Shown here: positions 46,601 to 59,200 of the stretch, in pieces
How the letters are laid out: each line of letters opens with the position of its first letter
How positions within the stretch are numbered: position 1 is the first letter of the stretch
Source: Vicugna vicugna
Taxonomy: Eukaryota
DNA length: 64,000 bases
Direction: 5' to 3'
Assembly: GCA_013265495.1 (NCBI GenBank)
Contig: MU058337.1
Location: forward strand, 6,244,716-6,308,715
The notes under the pieces: model-generated
What the model was told of the DNA's origin: nothing
The model's database searches: none
What the model saw: the letters and a program-made list of their open reading frames with translations, nothing else
Translations under genes and position numbers: made by a program

Positions 46601-49600
46601 TTAGGTAACTGATCAAAGAAAGGGTGTTGATGGAGAAATGAAGGCAAAGTCATGTGGGTTAAAAAAAAAAATCCATCTAAAGAAGGATAGAATCACAGAC
46701 TCTATCTAAAGGGGTTTCCAAAGACCCTTCCTATAAAACTCTGGCTTTGGAAACGGTTCAAAAGCTGGGGACACCAAGCAGAAAATATCCAGGGCAGGTA
46801 ATTAGATCCAAACAATTGAGCAAATTGCAATGGTTGAGCAGATTGCTGAGCTCCATGTTGTCTACTTTTTTAAAGTATTAGTGCTAACTTGGTCAGGGTA
46901 ATTATTTGGTAAATGGTCAGCTCAGGGGCACAAGTTTAATTTCTGAATCCTTTCCTTCCAAACTGTTTTCCAAACGAAGCTTCTCTAATTCCTTCAATGG
47001 ACGTGGCAGAATGGGCAGGCCCTGGTGAAGCAGGCTCTTGCAAGTTTCACAGGGGCTACTTGGGCATTTCTTGCCCCAAGGGCTCTGCTGCTTGGTTCGT
47101 AATCAGTTGTTCTGACTGACTGAGCCTCACTTGCCCAACTAAGCCCATATGCATCCTCAAAGCACCTAAGAGTCCCACGATGATGGGTACTCAAAACACG
47201 CTATTCAGGGCTAAATGCCTTACCAGTTATTTCCGAAACAAAATAAAAACCAGATCTCAAAAGACTAAGCGGTGAGGAAGGCATGGAGTGTCAGCTTTAC
47301 CTTGAATAATGTATGACTTCTGTTAGTTTAATCTCAGGTCTCACATCATGTGAAAGTTGTCTCTTTGCAAAATACAGCCTGGAGGGAAATTTTGCCAATG
47401 TCGTGCTCTGGTGAGTTAATATGCATTGAAACAGTTTTATAACAGATTATTTACCAACGGGAACAGAATGCCTTGGCACGAGATGCCTTTGAGAGAGCAG
47501 TTCTACTGCAGTAGCTAATTCCATATTTCAAAATCATTCCCACATACCTCCTAGTTCTTGTAGGTTCTCTCAAACTCTTCCCTCTACTGGTGAAATGAAA
47601 GAACTGACTAGTAGGTGAGATTATGTTGCCCTCTGGTGTCTGCCAACCCAAAAGAAAGAGCTAGAACTCAGGATGGGACAAGAAGCATAAGGACAATGAA
47701 GGGAGCTATTCCATACCAAGAGAAAGCCAGTGATGGGGAGGTAAGGGGATGGAGCCGGAAGAAGGGAGGTGAGCCTGACATGGGTCCTCTTCTTGCTGGT
47801 GAATGACAGGATTTCAACTCCCCTTCCTGGCTGAGGAAGAGGATGATTGCCAGGGCTACTGGCCTGATCAACCTGGAGCCTTTGTGATCTGCGATGGAAG
47901 AGTAGGTTCAGAGAGGGGAGGGGCTTGGCCTTTCTCCTTGGGGAACCAACGCAGAAGACAACTGGGTGATAGCCATCCATCAGAGCTGCAGATTCCTATC
48001 TGAGGACCCATCCCTTCCTCCATCCCTTTTAGGGATCTCCACCAATACCCCCAAAGGGGAACAGGGCTTCACTGTCTGGTTCTTCAGTACATGCCTGGGC
48101 ATGAGGGCCTTGGTGGTGGGGATGGTGGTGGCAGTACCAGTGGTCCCTGAAGCTCCTTCTTATCCCTGCTAGTCCCCTCTTGCCCCACTGTCTGGCTTTG
48201 CCCACTCTGTCTGTGCTTGCAGGGCACTTGAGCAGGGTTTGGTTGGCTCAGCCAGCCTATTGAAACTTGAATGACTTTTGAAGGCATCTGTCCTGTCACT
48301 GACTTTTGATGCCCTATACAGAGACAGGCATTATGTCTTCTGGCTGCAAACTGTGGAGAGTCACGGGAATATTGCTGATGATTTTTCTTATAAAAACAAA
48401 CAACTGATGACTATTCAAAGAAATCAATGGAAGCCTGGAGCAAAAAATGTGGGCATAGTTTGGGCAGAGGCATGAGGAGGTCAAGCATTCATCAGCCAAG
48501 ACTATAGGAGATACTGGGGCCATGGAAAGGAATCCTTTGGGCAGCAGAGCCCTGTGGAGAACAGGCAGAGGACCAAGGATGCTTGGTTACTTGCAAAGAA
48601 GCAGGAAATGAGGCAAAGGAGGGAGTGAAGCTGGGAGAAGGCGGCACCATCAGATGCAAGTTCCTTTTGACGATTCTCTCAGGATCTTTAAATACTAGTT
48701 TAAAAGACAGTAAGTAGCGCTGGGATTTCTGATGTATTCCTCAGGCTGGTAGAACTCTAGTGAGAGAGGGGCAACAGGCTCCTAGCACCTAGTTAATTAT
48801 TGAGTGAGTGAATGAAATATTATAATTCATTTTATTATTGGTTTTCAAATAGAGGGCATATACGGATGGTAAGTAAGAAGAGAAAAAGTGAAAACAGATT
48901 TCCCTTTTTCCCTGTTCTGTGACCAAATAAGAAGCTCAAGCTGGGGCTAATTAGAGTCATGGAAACTAGGAAAGACTAGAAAATACAAGAAGTTTAGAGG
49001 AAGAAAAGAAAGCCAAAGGAATACTTTTCAAAGATAGCTAATTCATAGATTTGTAAATTATTTTAATTTATTGAGCCATTATGCAATTGAAACAGAGGTA
49101 GGCATAATAATAGTAGTTTCCCCAAACTCTTATCTGTAGGCGGGGCAGTACACTGGGGACTGGGCCAGGAACCCCACTGAGCACTTCCTGTTTCTACCTG
49201 CAGGTATTTTCCCCACAGGTGGGACAGCTTAGATGAATGCATATGAATACCTGGGGCTGGATTTCGGGGCAAAGAAGCTACAAAAGGGACACAGTGAGCC
49301 CTATGTGGGGTGTGGGGAAGAGCCCACCCATTTTACCTCGGTGCCTTCCAGGTGGTCTGTGCCTTGAACTATGGGTCTGTGAGTACCCATCCTCCTCAAC
49401 CCACTTCCCCTGCACTGGATCCCGCAGAGGAAGTAGCTTGGTTTATTCCACTCTGGCAATGTTTTTGCCTGTAACCTTCACGCTCTCTTCTAGAAAAAGA
49501 TTTGGTGAGATTCAGAGGTTGTTCCTTAAGAAATGTGTTTTGGCATTATTTTGTCAAAATATGAGCTACACCGAGTTGGATCAATCACTTTGCTAAATCC

Positions 49601-51419
49601 TCCCCACCCCTCCACCCTTTCTCCCTTTGTAAGTCAAAGCTATTTTGTATTACCCAAGCAACAAAATGATTTACAAAATGAGAGTGACAATCTATCCTAA
49701 TGGTTGGAAGGCTATAAAAAATATTTGTGTGCTCGCGGCCGATGTTGACTTTTGGAGAGTGCTCACTTGTGGACTGAAAGCTGGGGAAACAAAAGATGAA
49801 AATCAGCCCTGGGGGTTCTAATTCCGAGAGCACTTCTTCTTAGGCAAAAAAAAAGTCTTTATTGTTTTCGGTTTCAGATTCTGCATTTGTCAGACAAAGT
49901 TATTAGCCTGGACCCCTCTATCAGTGATGCTGTGCAGAATCATAGTTGACTTCTATGAGGCTGATTCTCAGAACTGGGGCTTGGAGGTTGGCGGTGAAGG
50001 GAGAGGGACTGGGGGTGGGGGTGGGGTGAGAGGGTGGGCTCTTAAATTTGAACTCTTCCCAGGCCCTTTCTTTTCCTTTATCTTCCTTCCGCTCTCAAAT
50101 AATAATGCCCTTGTGAAGAAAAATATTTTTTTAATTAAAACACAGCAGACGGTTATATAGGCGCTCATCCTGCCGGCAGCTTCCCCTCGCAGAGCCCCGA
50201 CTGCAGCCCGGGGCTGGGCGCGCACGAGATTTAGGGCGCTCGGGGTCGGGATGTGAACCCGCTTGCACCCTGCCTGAGGAACCCGCAGTAAAGCTTCGCT
50301 CTGTAATATTTGTACGGAAAATGCAATGTTTGCACAATAAAGCTCTCCAGATTTTTAAGCCGTAGGAGTGAAGCCAGTTTACAATCAATGATAACAGGTT
50401 TCCCTCGCTGCCATTACCACAAATAGTATCTTATTTCAGCAAAATGGTGGCAGCCGGCAGGAGGTCCAACAATGCAGATTTTAATCAGAAAATTTAATTT
50501 TATATACAATTCACAGTTCGTGCACGGTGAGAAATGTTTCTCACCGTGCATGAACTTTCAGGACTCGGCTCGGAGCAAAAGGAGTTTCAATTTATGTAGT
50601 GCCTTTCTCAGCGCACAATACCCCAAAGCACTTCCTGGTAATAGAGGCTCGCGCTGCTGCTGAAATCTTTCTTAAAATTACCCAGGATATTTATTGGGAG
50701 CAATTAAAAGAAGCGGCTACATTCCACACAAATCCATGTTTGATGCGGATATTAAACTGGCCAAGATTTCAACGCCCAGTGGCTGCACTGGGCTCTCTCT
50801 GCTCGGATGTGCTCCCTCCTAAGGCACTTCCTTGCCGGGGCTCATTTTGTTTCCCAGTTGACTTGTAAACTATCGGAAGACAAGCCTGCATTGAAAATGT
50901 TGACAGAGCCTTTATGAGAAGGCCCTGGAGGACTCACTCGCAGGCTGGGCCCATAAAGAGTGAAGGGGACCAGGGGAGAGGCTGTCTGGTGGATGACCAA
51001 GGGATGCCAGCCTTTGACTCATTTGCTGGACTTGAGCATGGGCTGGGTCCAAAGGGTGCAAGGCCACTTTTGGGGGGCACGGGGCAGGAGCAGGACCTGT
51101 TCCTCTGTGTGATGGAGGTGGGCATATCACACACACTTACTTGGTGAGACAAGGTGGAGACAGAGTCAAAGGGAGGAGGCAGAGGGGAAAGGCTATGGCT
51201 AAGCTTCTCAGGGAACAACCCTCCCAGTGCAGGAGGGGACAGGAACTCACAACTGAGTCATCCATACCGAGCTTCAGTTGGGAGGCAGAAACGAGAGGGC
51301 TCTATAAAGAGTTTTAGAGAAGTCAGCACCCCCTCTCTTTTTAAGAGTTTTTGGTTTTAAACCACAGGCTTAGGTATTTATTTGCAGGTGAACAGGAATA
51401 AATTTTATTTGAGATAGAG

Positions 51420-51539
51420 CCTCTTTTTCTTCAGGGTGGGGTAATTAGGTTTACTTATTATTTTTGGAGGAGGCACTGGGGATTGAACCCAGGACCTCAT
51501 GCATGCTAAACATGCACCACTTGAGCTATACCTTCCCCC
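51420..51539 (-). mobile_element. tRNA-derived SINE, camelid vic-1-like
   Basis: The reverse strand reads ggggaaggtatagctcaagtggtgcatgtttagcatgcatgaggtcctgggttcaatccccagtgcctcc...aaacctaattacccc, with A and B boxes and a family-type tail. Confidence 0.85.
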
Positions 51540-51949
51540 TAGATAAGTCAGCCCTTGATTTGGAAGAGATGGAGAAGGCAAATAGGAGGGACTGTCTCTG
51601 TGGTGTCACCCCTGGTCCATGCAGAAGGCCCCCTCTCTGCATACGGGAGTAGTAGAAACCCTCCAGGGCCCCCTCCTTCATTTCCTAAGAGAGTCTGTGA
51701 TGGAGCCCCTGCGTGCACCTCCGGATACCCTCACTCCCCATCCCTCACCCTTCCTCCCTCTGCTGCTCTTCACCCCTTCCCAGGCGTCTCAGCCCATATG
51801 ACCGTGGGTTCAGTGACAGTTATGCTGAGTGGGGGCAACAGTGGCTTAGACAGGAGCTTTCCAGCCCTGTTTTATGTTATGTTATGCACCCTGGGAGTGA
51901 AGTCACGAAGGCTCTGTGCCTAGCTGGTTGGTGGGAAGACAGGGCTGGG

Positions 51950-52130
51950 CTTAGCAATAATGACACCTACCTTTTATTGAGAGCCCACTCCAGCCAGGGC
52001 CACTTACATACATGATCACATTTAAGCCTCACAATGATCCCGAGGGAGGTTCTATTTACCCAGAAGGAATTAGTGGCTCAGAGAAGGTTAAGAAACTTGC
52101 TTAGCTGAGGTCACAGAGTTAGCCAGTGGC
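51950..52130 (-). mobile_element. MIR SINE (degraded)
   Basis: tttattgagagcccact...atttaagcctcacaatgatcc...ggctcagagaaggttaagaaacttgc...ggtcacag. Confidence 0.65.
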
Positions 52131-52714
52131 TGTGGACCCACCAGGGAGGGCAAAGTAGATCTCTCAGGAATGGGGGCTGGCAGGCCACACTGGGAGCGGG
52201 GCTGCAGTCACACTGTGGCTCTGGCAGCAGGGGGACAGGAAGGCAGCCCAGTGTGTCCAATGGGAAAAGTGACCCTGAGGCTGACCCTAAGGTAGGGTTT
52301 AGGCCAGACACAGGGAGACACAGAGGAAGGCCCTGGTTAGCAGTAACTGCCTGGGGCCCTGTTTGGAAACAATTCTGAGCCTGAATCTAGACTCAGTTGG
52401 AAAGGATACTGAGGTTGTATAGCCATGTCTGCCCTGGACCAGGGAGAAGGGAAGAGTTTAGAATGAATTTGCAGTCCTGGTTTAGGTGTCATGGCTTTGA
52501 GAATTTATTTTTTCTTTCGGCTAAATGTTCATTATATTCCCCAAACGGACAGGAATCTTACCTTTCCTTCCCCGATTAATCTGAGTCCATGGTTTCGGAA
52601 TTGCGTTCGGTCACAAGTCCTATCAGGAGAGAATCATCAGGCATGCACAAAGAGAAAGCCAAACAGAGAGTTCTTAATGAGTTTGAAATTCAGAGAACAC
52701 AGGAAAGATTTATT

Positions 52715-52950
52715 TCACATTTATTTACATCTGGTACTTAGTATAAGCTTGGCACTATCCTGAATTTTACAGATATTAACAAATTTACTCCTCATAACAA
52801 CCCTATAAGGTAGGTCCTAGTAGTAACCTCATTTTATAGATGTGACAGTTGAAGCCCAGAGAGGCTAAGCAATTCGTCCAAAGTCACACAGCTTTATGAA
52901 CTCAAGCAGTTTGATGCCAGAATCTACAAGACTAAATTACACTGTGCTGC
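52715..52950 (-). mobile_element. MIR SINE
   Basis: tcctcataacaaccctataaggtagg...cattttatagatg...gaagcccagagaggctaagcaatt...aagtcacacagct. Confidence 0.8.
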
Positions 52951-54544
52951 CTCTCTATCGAGTCCATTCTCTCTGTTTTGCTTTCCTTGTGGTACTGTGC
53001 CTTCCTTGCTTTGCGTTTCTTTTCTAGATTAGACTGAACTTTGAAGGAAGGGACTACATTTTACTGTGTATAAGTACCTGCATGATAGGAGGAGCTGAAA
53101 CATGACTGATGACTATTAGTGGTATGAGTTTAGGAATCAATCATATTGTATTTGAGCCATTTTCTGTTTGAATGTATGGTTCCATCACTAGAGTGAGCGT
53201 CTGGGAGTGGGACTCTGAGTTATTTATTCCTATAGCCCTATCCTCTAACACAACAGAGAGGAGACCCTCTCTCATTCATTCATCAATTCATTAACTGATT
53301 CATTCCATGGAAATTTATTAAGAGCAAGCACCATGCTAGGTGCAAGGAATGAACAAAGTAGGTAAACTTTTTGTCTCTGTGGTTTAATTCCAACCTCACA
53401 AGAATAGATATAGAAAAATGATGCTGACATTCTTAAAATTTGACGTATTTTGTCTGTTTTGCTAAAAATAATACTAGATTATTTGTCATTGCAACTTATG
53501 AGTTCCCTTCTTTCCCTACTGTGATAAAGTTGCAAACACTTATTTTATTCCTGCTTTACTTACCAAGAGCATTGGTTGCCCATGTCAGTCAGATCTAGCA
53601 TTTAAAGGTAAGAAAAAGCCCCTTTGGTGTAGAGCCGATGGAAGAATGATTGGGTTCCCACAATGCGAGGTAGGGCTGTTTCATCCCCTTTTGTTATATG
53701 AAAAGCTTCAAGCATTATTAAGTGATGACAGATAGTGCACTTGGCTTCTGGCATTTCTTTGAAGGCTTGCCTGTAGCGTGCTGCTTGGAAGCAGGAATGA
53801 TTCCACAAATGGTCAGGGAGCCACCCTCCAAACCGCCCTTCGCACCAGGTCCAGGTGTGTAAACAGAGCAGATGGGCCCTCCGCCCTGGGAGAAAGAATT
53901 CTGAGGTTGGACAGCTGGAGTGGAGTATCACAGAGTTCAGGATCTCTTTTCCTACCACCGAGGCAGTATCTCAGAAATTCCCTCGACTGCTTTTCTAATT
54001 CTCTGAGGCTGCTAATTGCATCAAGACCCCTCCTTGTAGAGAAGGACCAGGCTCTTCCCTAGCACCCACAGGCAGTGAGTGGGTGGCAGAGGGGTACCAG
54101 AAATCAGGTTACGTTCTTGCCAATCCTGGATGCATTCCATGACCCAGCGTAGCCGAGCCTGTCCTCCCTGTGGCAGATGAGAAGTGACTGTGGTGCCCAA
54201 GGCAGAGAAGTCCTTAGAAGCCTGGACCCTGAGTCCTGGCAGCAGGATGTTTCAGATCATATGGAAACTTCCTGCCAGGGCCTTTCTCCTCTACTCAGGG
54301 CCTTCCAGGTGTAACCATAGAGCAAGCAAAAGCAGTGTTTCAACTACAGATTGTATTTGTAATTAGCTCCAACTTGGTTTTAAAAATTTGATATACACTT
54401 AATGAAAGATTTGGAAACACAAAAATATAAGAAGACAAAAGAAAAATCACTGGTAGTCTCGTCATCCAAACATTGTAATTGCTAACATTTTGGTGTATTT
54501 TCTTCCGATGTGATTTATTTTTAACATTGTAATAAGAATATAAT

Positions 54545-54772
54545 CACAATATAATAATAGCAGCTAACATTTGTTGAGGGCCTACTATGTGTCAGGTACT
54601 CTTTTTTATATGTATTAATCCATTTAAATCTCATAACAATCTTATAAGATAGGTACTGTTATTACCCCCATTTCACAGATAATAAAACTGAGGCACAGAG
54701 CGGCTACTTCCTTGCCCAAGGTTACTCAGCAGTAAGCGGGAGAGCCCAGGCAGTCCAGCTCTAGACTCTGCA
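54545..54772 (-). mobile_element. MIR SINE (near full length)
   Basis: aacatttgttgagggcctactatgtgtcagg...cccatttcacagataataaaactgaggcacagag...cttgcccaaggttactcagc. Confidence 0.85.
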
Positions 54773-56135
54773 TATACAGCTTGGTATCTGTTTTTGGACT
54801 TCACTTTATTTTAAAAGCTTTTTCTTACTTTCTAAATACCAGCTTTAGTGGCTGCTCTAAATATTCCAGCAGGTTTCCATACCTCTGTAATTTAAATGAC
54901 GCAGCTATGAATTGTGTCTGTGAATGAGGCTTTTTCTATATTTAGGATCATAGAATTTCCTAGATCCAGATGTCAAAGGCACAAGTAAATGACAATCAGT
55001 CTGTTGATACACATTGCCAAATATTTTCCAGGAGGATTGCACAAGTCACACTCCCACCAGCCTTGTGAGTGCTGGGCCTTGGAGGTTATCACTCAAAAAT
55101 GATTTAGTTTGATAGTCAAGAAACATATTATTGCTTTAAATTTTCTCTGGTCCAGCTTCTGACTATTTCTTGTAATAGTAATGAACTTACGCTCTCATCC
55201 AAATGCTGATTCTTGCCCAGACTTATTTTCCTCATCTTCAGTTATTCTTATTTAAAACAACAACAAAATTAAATTTAGTGGTTAACACACATTTTTCTGA
55301 TTACAAAACTTACAAATGTCCATCTTAGAAAATTTGGAAAATCCAAAATCCCATAAATAGTTACATTTACTTATCATCATATTTCTTGGCTATCACAGTG
55401 ATACACGCTCACTGTAGCCAATTTGGAATGTACAGAAAAGTACAAAGGAACAGAAAGTGAAAAAACCAAGCGGGGCAAAATTTCCAATAGTTCTCCTTGA
55501 CGTTAAATTTTTTTTCCTTTACAGTCTTTTTTTTTGGCTGCATGAGAGTCTACCTCTAAGATACTTCCTGATTTCTTCCTTTTTATTCCTTTTTTATTTG
55601 GTCTCGGATCTGGAGCTATGATCTTGGTTAATCTGCATATTTGTTGTAAAGGATAAGAAAGAGTAATTAGAACAGAATAAGGAGATGGGGACCAGAATAA
55701 GAAAGGCCTTAACTGCCCACTTGCTTTTACTTCTGACGGGACTACTGGACCCTGGGGCCTCATGGCCACCCCCGGGATTACCTTTTAGCCTATCACAAAC
55801 ACAGTGATGTCACTTACCACAGGCACACAATAGAAGTTCAATTAAAGTCTGCTGGAGGAGTGAATTAATGAACACATTCTATATAGGCATGCCATATATT
55901 AATGTATCCTCTAGTAGGAACTCTATACTTTTTTAATCATTGCATTTCAGCATTCCTTTCGTCTAAAAAAAAGAGAAAAAGAAAAAAGTTTTGCATCTGT
56001 GATCCCAGGTCCTGGCCTTATTAGGATCCTAGAGGAGTGGTCAACCAGAGGTCTTTCAGCCCAAGGCAAATAATTGAGATCAAAGCCTCCTGGATCTCTC
56101 CTGGGAGGTCCTTGGTCCTCCAGTCAAAATGACTT

Positions 56136-56297
56136 GGGGGAGGGTATAGCTCAGAGTGTGTGCTTAGCATGCACAAGTTTCTGGGTTCAATCCCCAGTAC
56201 CTCCACTAAAAAATAAAATTAAAAATTAATTCAAAAAATACATAAAGAAACCTAATTATTACCTCCGCCACAAAACAAAAACAAAAACAAAAACAAA
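56136..56297 (+). mobile_element. tRNA-derived SINE, camelid vic-1-like
   Basis: gggggagggtatagctcag...gcttagcatgcacaagtttctgggttcaatccccagtacctcc, an A-rich middle, aaacctaattattacctcc and a (CAAAAA)n tail; flanked by AAATGAC at 56127 and 56295, a possible target duplication. Confidence 0.88.
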
Positions 56298-59200
56298 TGA
56301 CCGGAGCTCTCCCATTCCCTTCCTGACCTGCAAGCACGCCTGTCCCCAAGAAGGGGAGGAGGAGGCAGATGAGGAATGAGGAAGAGTGGGAAAGGTGAGG
56401 GAGGTGCTGTTCACGGGGGAGGCACGGTGAGGACGGCCTGCGGAGTCCCGGGCTAAGGCTTCTTACCAGTAGGAGCCCTTGCTCCCTTGAGGCCATCAGA
56501 GATGAGGGCTGAGCTCATTTCTGCCTTCGTGTGACTGTAGGACTCACTTGGATGAGTTGTTATCTGACGTCTCTTTGCTTCCGTTTTTATAAAAACTATG
56601 CAATGTAAAATGGCTCAAAGGTTTTGAGATTGTCAGATGATACTTGGACAAATATTGCTTTTTGCTTATATGTAAGAAGAATAAATTCACAGAGTATTAG
56701 TCATGAAGCATGACTGAAGAGGGCAAACTTTTAAGTGAAATTAACAGGAAGGGCAGCCATCCACACAAGTGTGCTTTATTTTAAAAATTAAGTGTGAGAC
56801 ATTTCAAAGCTGTGACTACTCAAAACTCTTCTGTGATCAGTCAGGGATATGAGTGTTTATAAAATTAGAAAGTGTGTCATGAGGAAAGAATAAGTCAACT
56901 ATTGTACAATTTGTGTGGCCCAAAACATAATTATGGAAACTGAAGTTTGCTTCTTAAAGTTTAGTACGGCTGTGAGTTCCCAAATCATGCTATAGGATTA
57001 TACCTTAGACTTCTAGTGTAAAAGCCTTATTGCATCTTCAGAGACTTGTTTGGTTGTTTCCCTTTTTAATTTGCAAACTGATGATTCAGACAAGAGTATT
57101 TACTAAACGTCTACCAGGTAATTCTAATATGCAGCCAGGTGCCAGATCTTTGGCCTACATGATCTCCAAAGTCCTTCTTTGGCACCAAAATTTTGTGATT
57201 TCTGTAATTTTAAATTTTAAATCAAAGTAAGTAAGAAAATCAGATTCACCTGGCAGATAATTCTGCTCAAATACATCTTCATAAATTCAGAGGTCTCAGA
57301 AGTCCTGAAATGAAATTTACTACATAAGTGACCCAACCCTCATGAAATATTCTGGGCAGAACTTACGAATTTGCAAAATTTATGTTTGTCCCACATTCCA
57401 ATATTCCTAAATGAGTTTTAAGTCAATAGCAAAAAAATTTATTTTTCACCCTTGAGAGTCAAGATGTGGTCAAAGTTTTGATTTCCAGGTGGAACTCAGA
57501 AGGCTCAAATGAAAATGTTTATGGATAAAGAGAGATGAGAAATAAAGACATTGAATCTTTGCCATCAGCTTAGGATGACAACTCTGTGTGTGTGTTCACA
57601 CATGAGCCTCTGCTGGGATCAGGAGGAGCAGCTGATGTTGGGGGAAGTATCTCACAGAAACTATAGGGACAGATGGTGGCAGATGAAGCCATGGGACCAG
57701 CATGCTACTGATTTCAACCTAGGAATCCTTCTTATTGAAGACTATGTCCCCAGAACCATCTAGTTTTAAATTGTGCTTCAACTGGAGATGGTTTTCATTT
57801 TCTTGTTATGAAACCTGGGCTCCCACACTCAGGACTCAAATGACTATATCTCGTGTCTACCAGCGAAGAGTATCTGTGACAAAGAGAAGGGAGGTTGAAG
57901 CCTCTCCAGGAATAAGTCAGGAAACAGAATAATCCAAGTTTGGTATTTAGATTAGAAATACAAGTGAAAGAAGTAAAGTTACCATCAGAAATGTGCATTT
58001 CAAAAGATATTCATTTGAAAGTTTTGAAAAAAGTAAAGCTCATGCCCTGGGGCTTCTGGGAGTATGTACAAAATACAATAATTAAATTAAGTCCAGCAGT
58101 TAAAATTCCTCATAAAAAGAAAAAGCTGGAGCGCTTCCCAATGGGGAATGCTTGACTTAAAAGGAAGGTTTTACTCTGTGGCCTGAAGGTCAACAAACTG
58201 GGGCTCTGTGGGAATGTATAAAATTTCTTAAAGGGGTTCTTCGGTCTTTGTTTTGCTGAAAGAAAATAAAAGAGCAAAAAGGGACAAGTTTTGAAAATTC
58301 AAAAAATGAAGGTGCAGTCCTAAAATCATCATGATTTTTATAAATGCAGCACTGGAGGCTATGAAAACACGCTCTGAGTACTAATGCAACACATATGCTC
58401 TTTGAGAAGGAAGGAAAAAGGCCAATGGCGCCTTTTGAACAAACCGTTTTCAAATATGCTCATTTTCAGAGGCAGTGCATGCAAATTGATGACCCATTCA
58501 TTTGCTACTTATTTGGAAAATATTCACCTTAAATATTCTCATAAATATATGTCACAATTTAAAATGCCTTAGATGATATTAAGACTGATCAGTTTTTTAA
58601 AAGGTGTTTATGAAGCAAAGTTGTAAAGAATGATTTTGGGGGGGGTCACATCCTCAGTAATCTAAAATGGAATGTTTATCAATTTGAAAATCTCTGTTTT
58701 ATAAATAATCATTTATTGTTACCTTTCTGGTAATATTTTCCCCCTAAAAGAATAAAGAACCAGATAGGAATCAAGATTTATATCCTTAAACTTTGTTATT
58801 TATAAGCATCATTCTGGGTTCCCACATGAATTTCAAGATGCATACTCAAATAACTTGTACTAAAACATAAAGAACTAGTAACTGGTTTGCCAGATCCACA
58901 TCTTCTTTATTGCTTAAATAGAATCTGAATGTTGGTTCTGCATTAAGACAGCATGATCAAATGTAGGACATGAGAAATAGCAGCTTTGGCAGCAAGATTT
59001 AATTTACTGATTAATTAGCAGCCTCACTGACATTTCTACTTTGATTTCCAAAGTACAAGATTAGCTGTCCTCTGCACTCAGGCTCTCTGCAGTAAAATGG
59101 GCCAACAAACTTCCTGTGCCAAATTCACAGTAAATGAAGGACTACAGAGGGTCCTGCAAGCAGCTCATGACTTAAGATGCTAGATTTACTTCCAAAACAT

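Noticed and set aside
56136..56205. tRNA gene
   Set aside because: It has A/B-box-like motifs but a deleted D-arm region, no acceptor stem, and an A-rich SINE tail.
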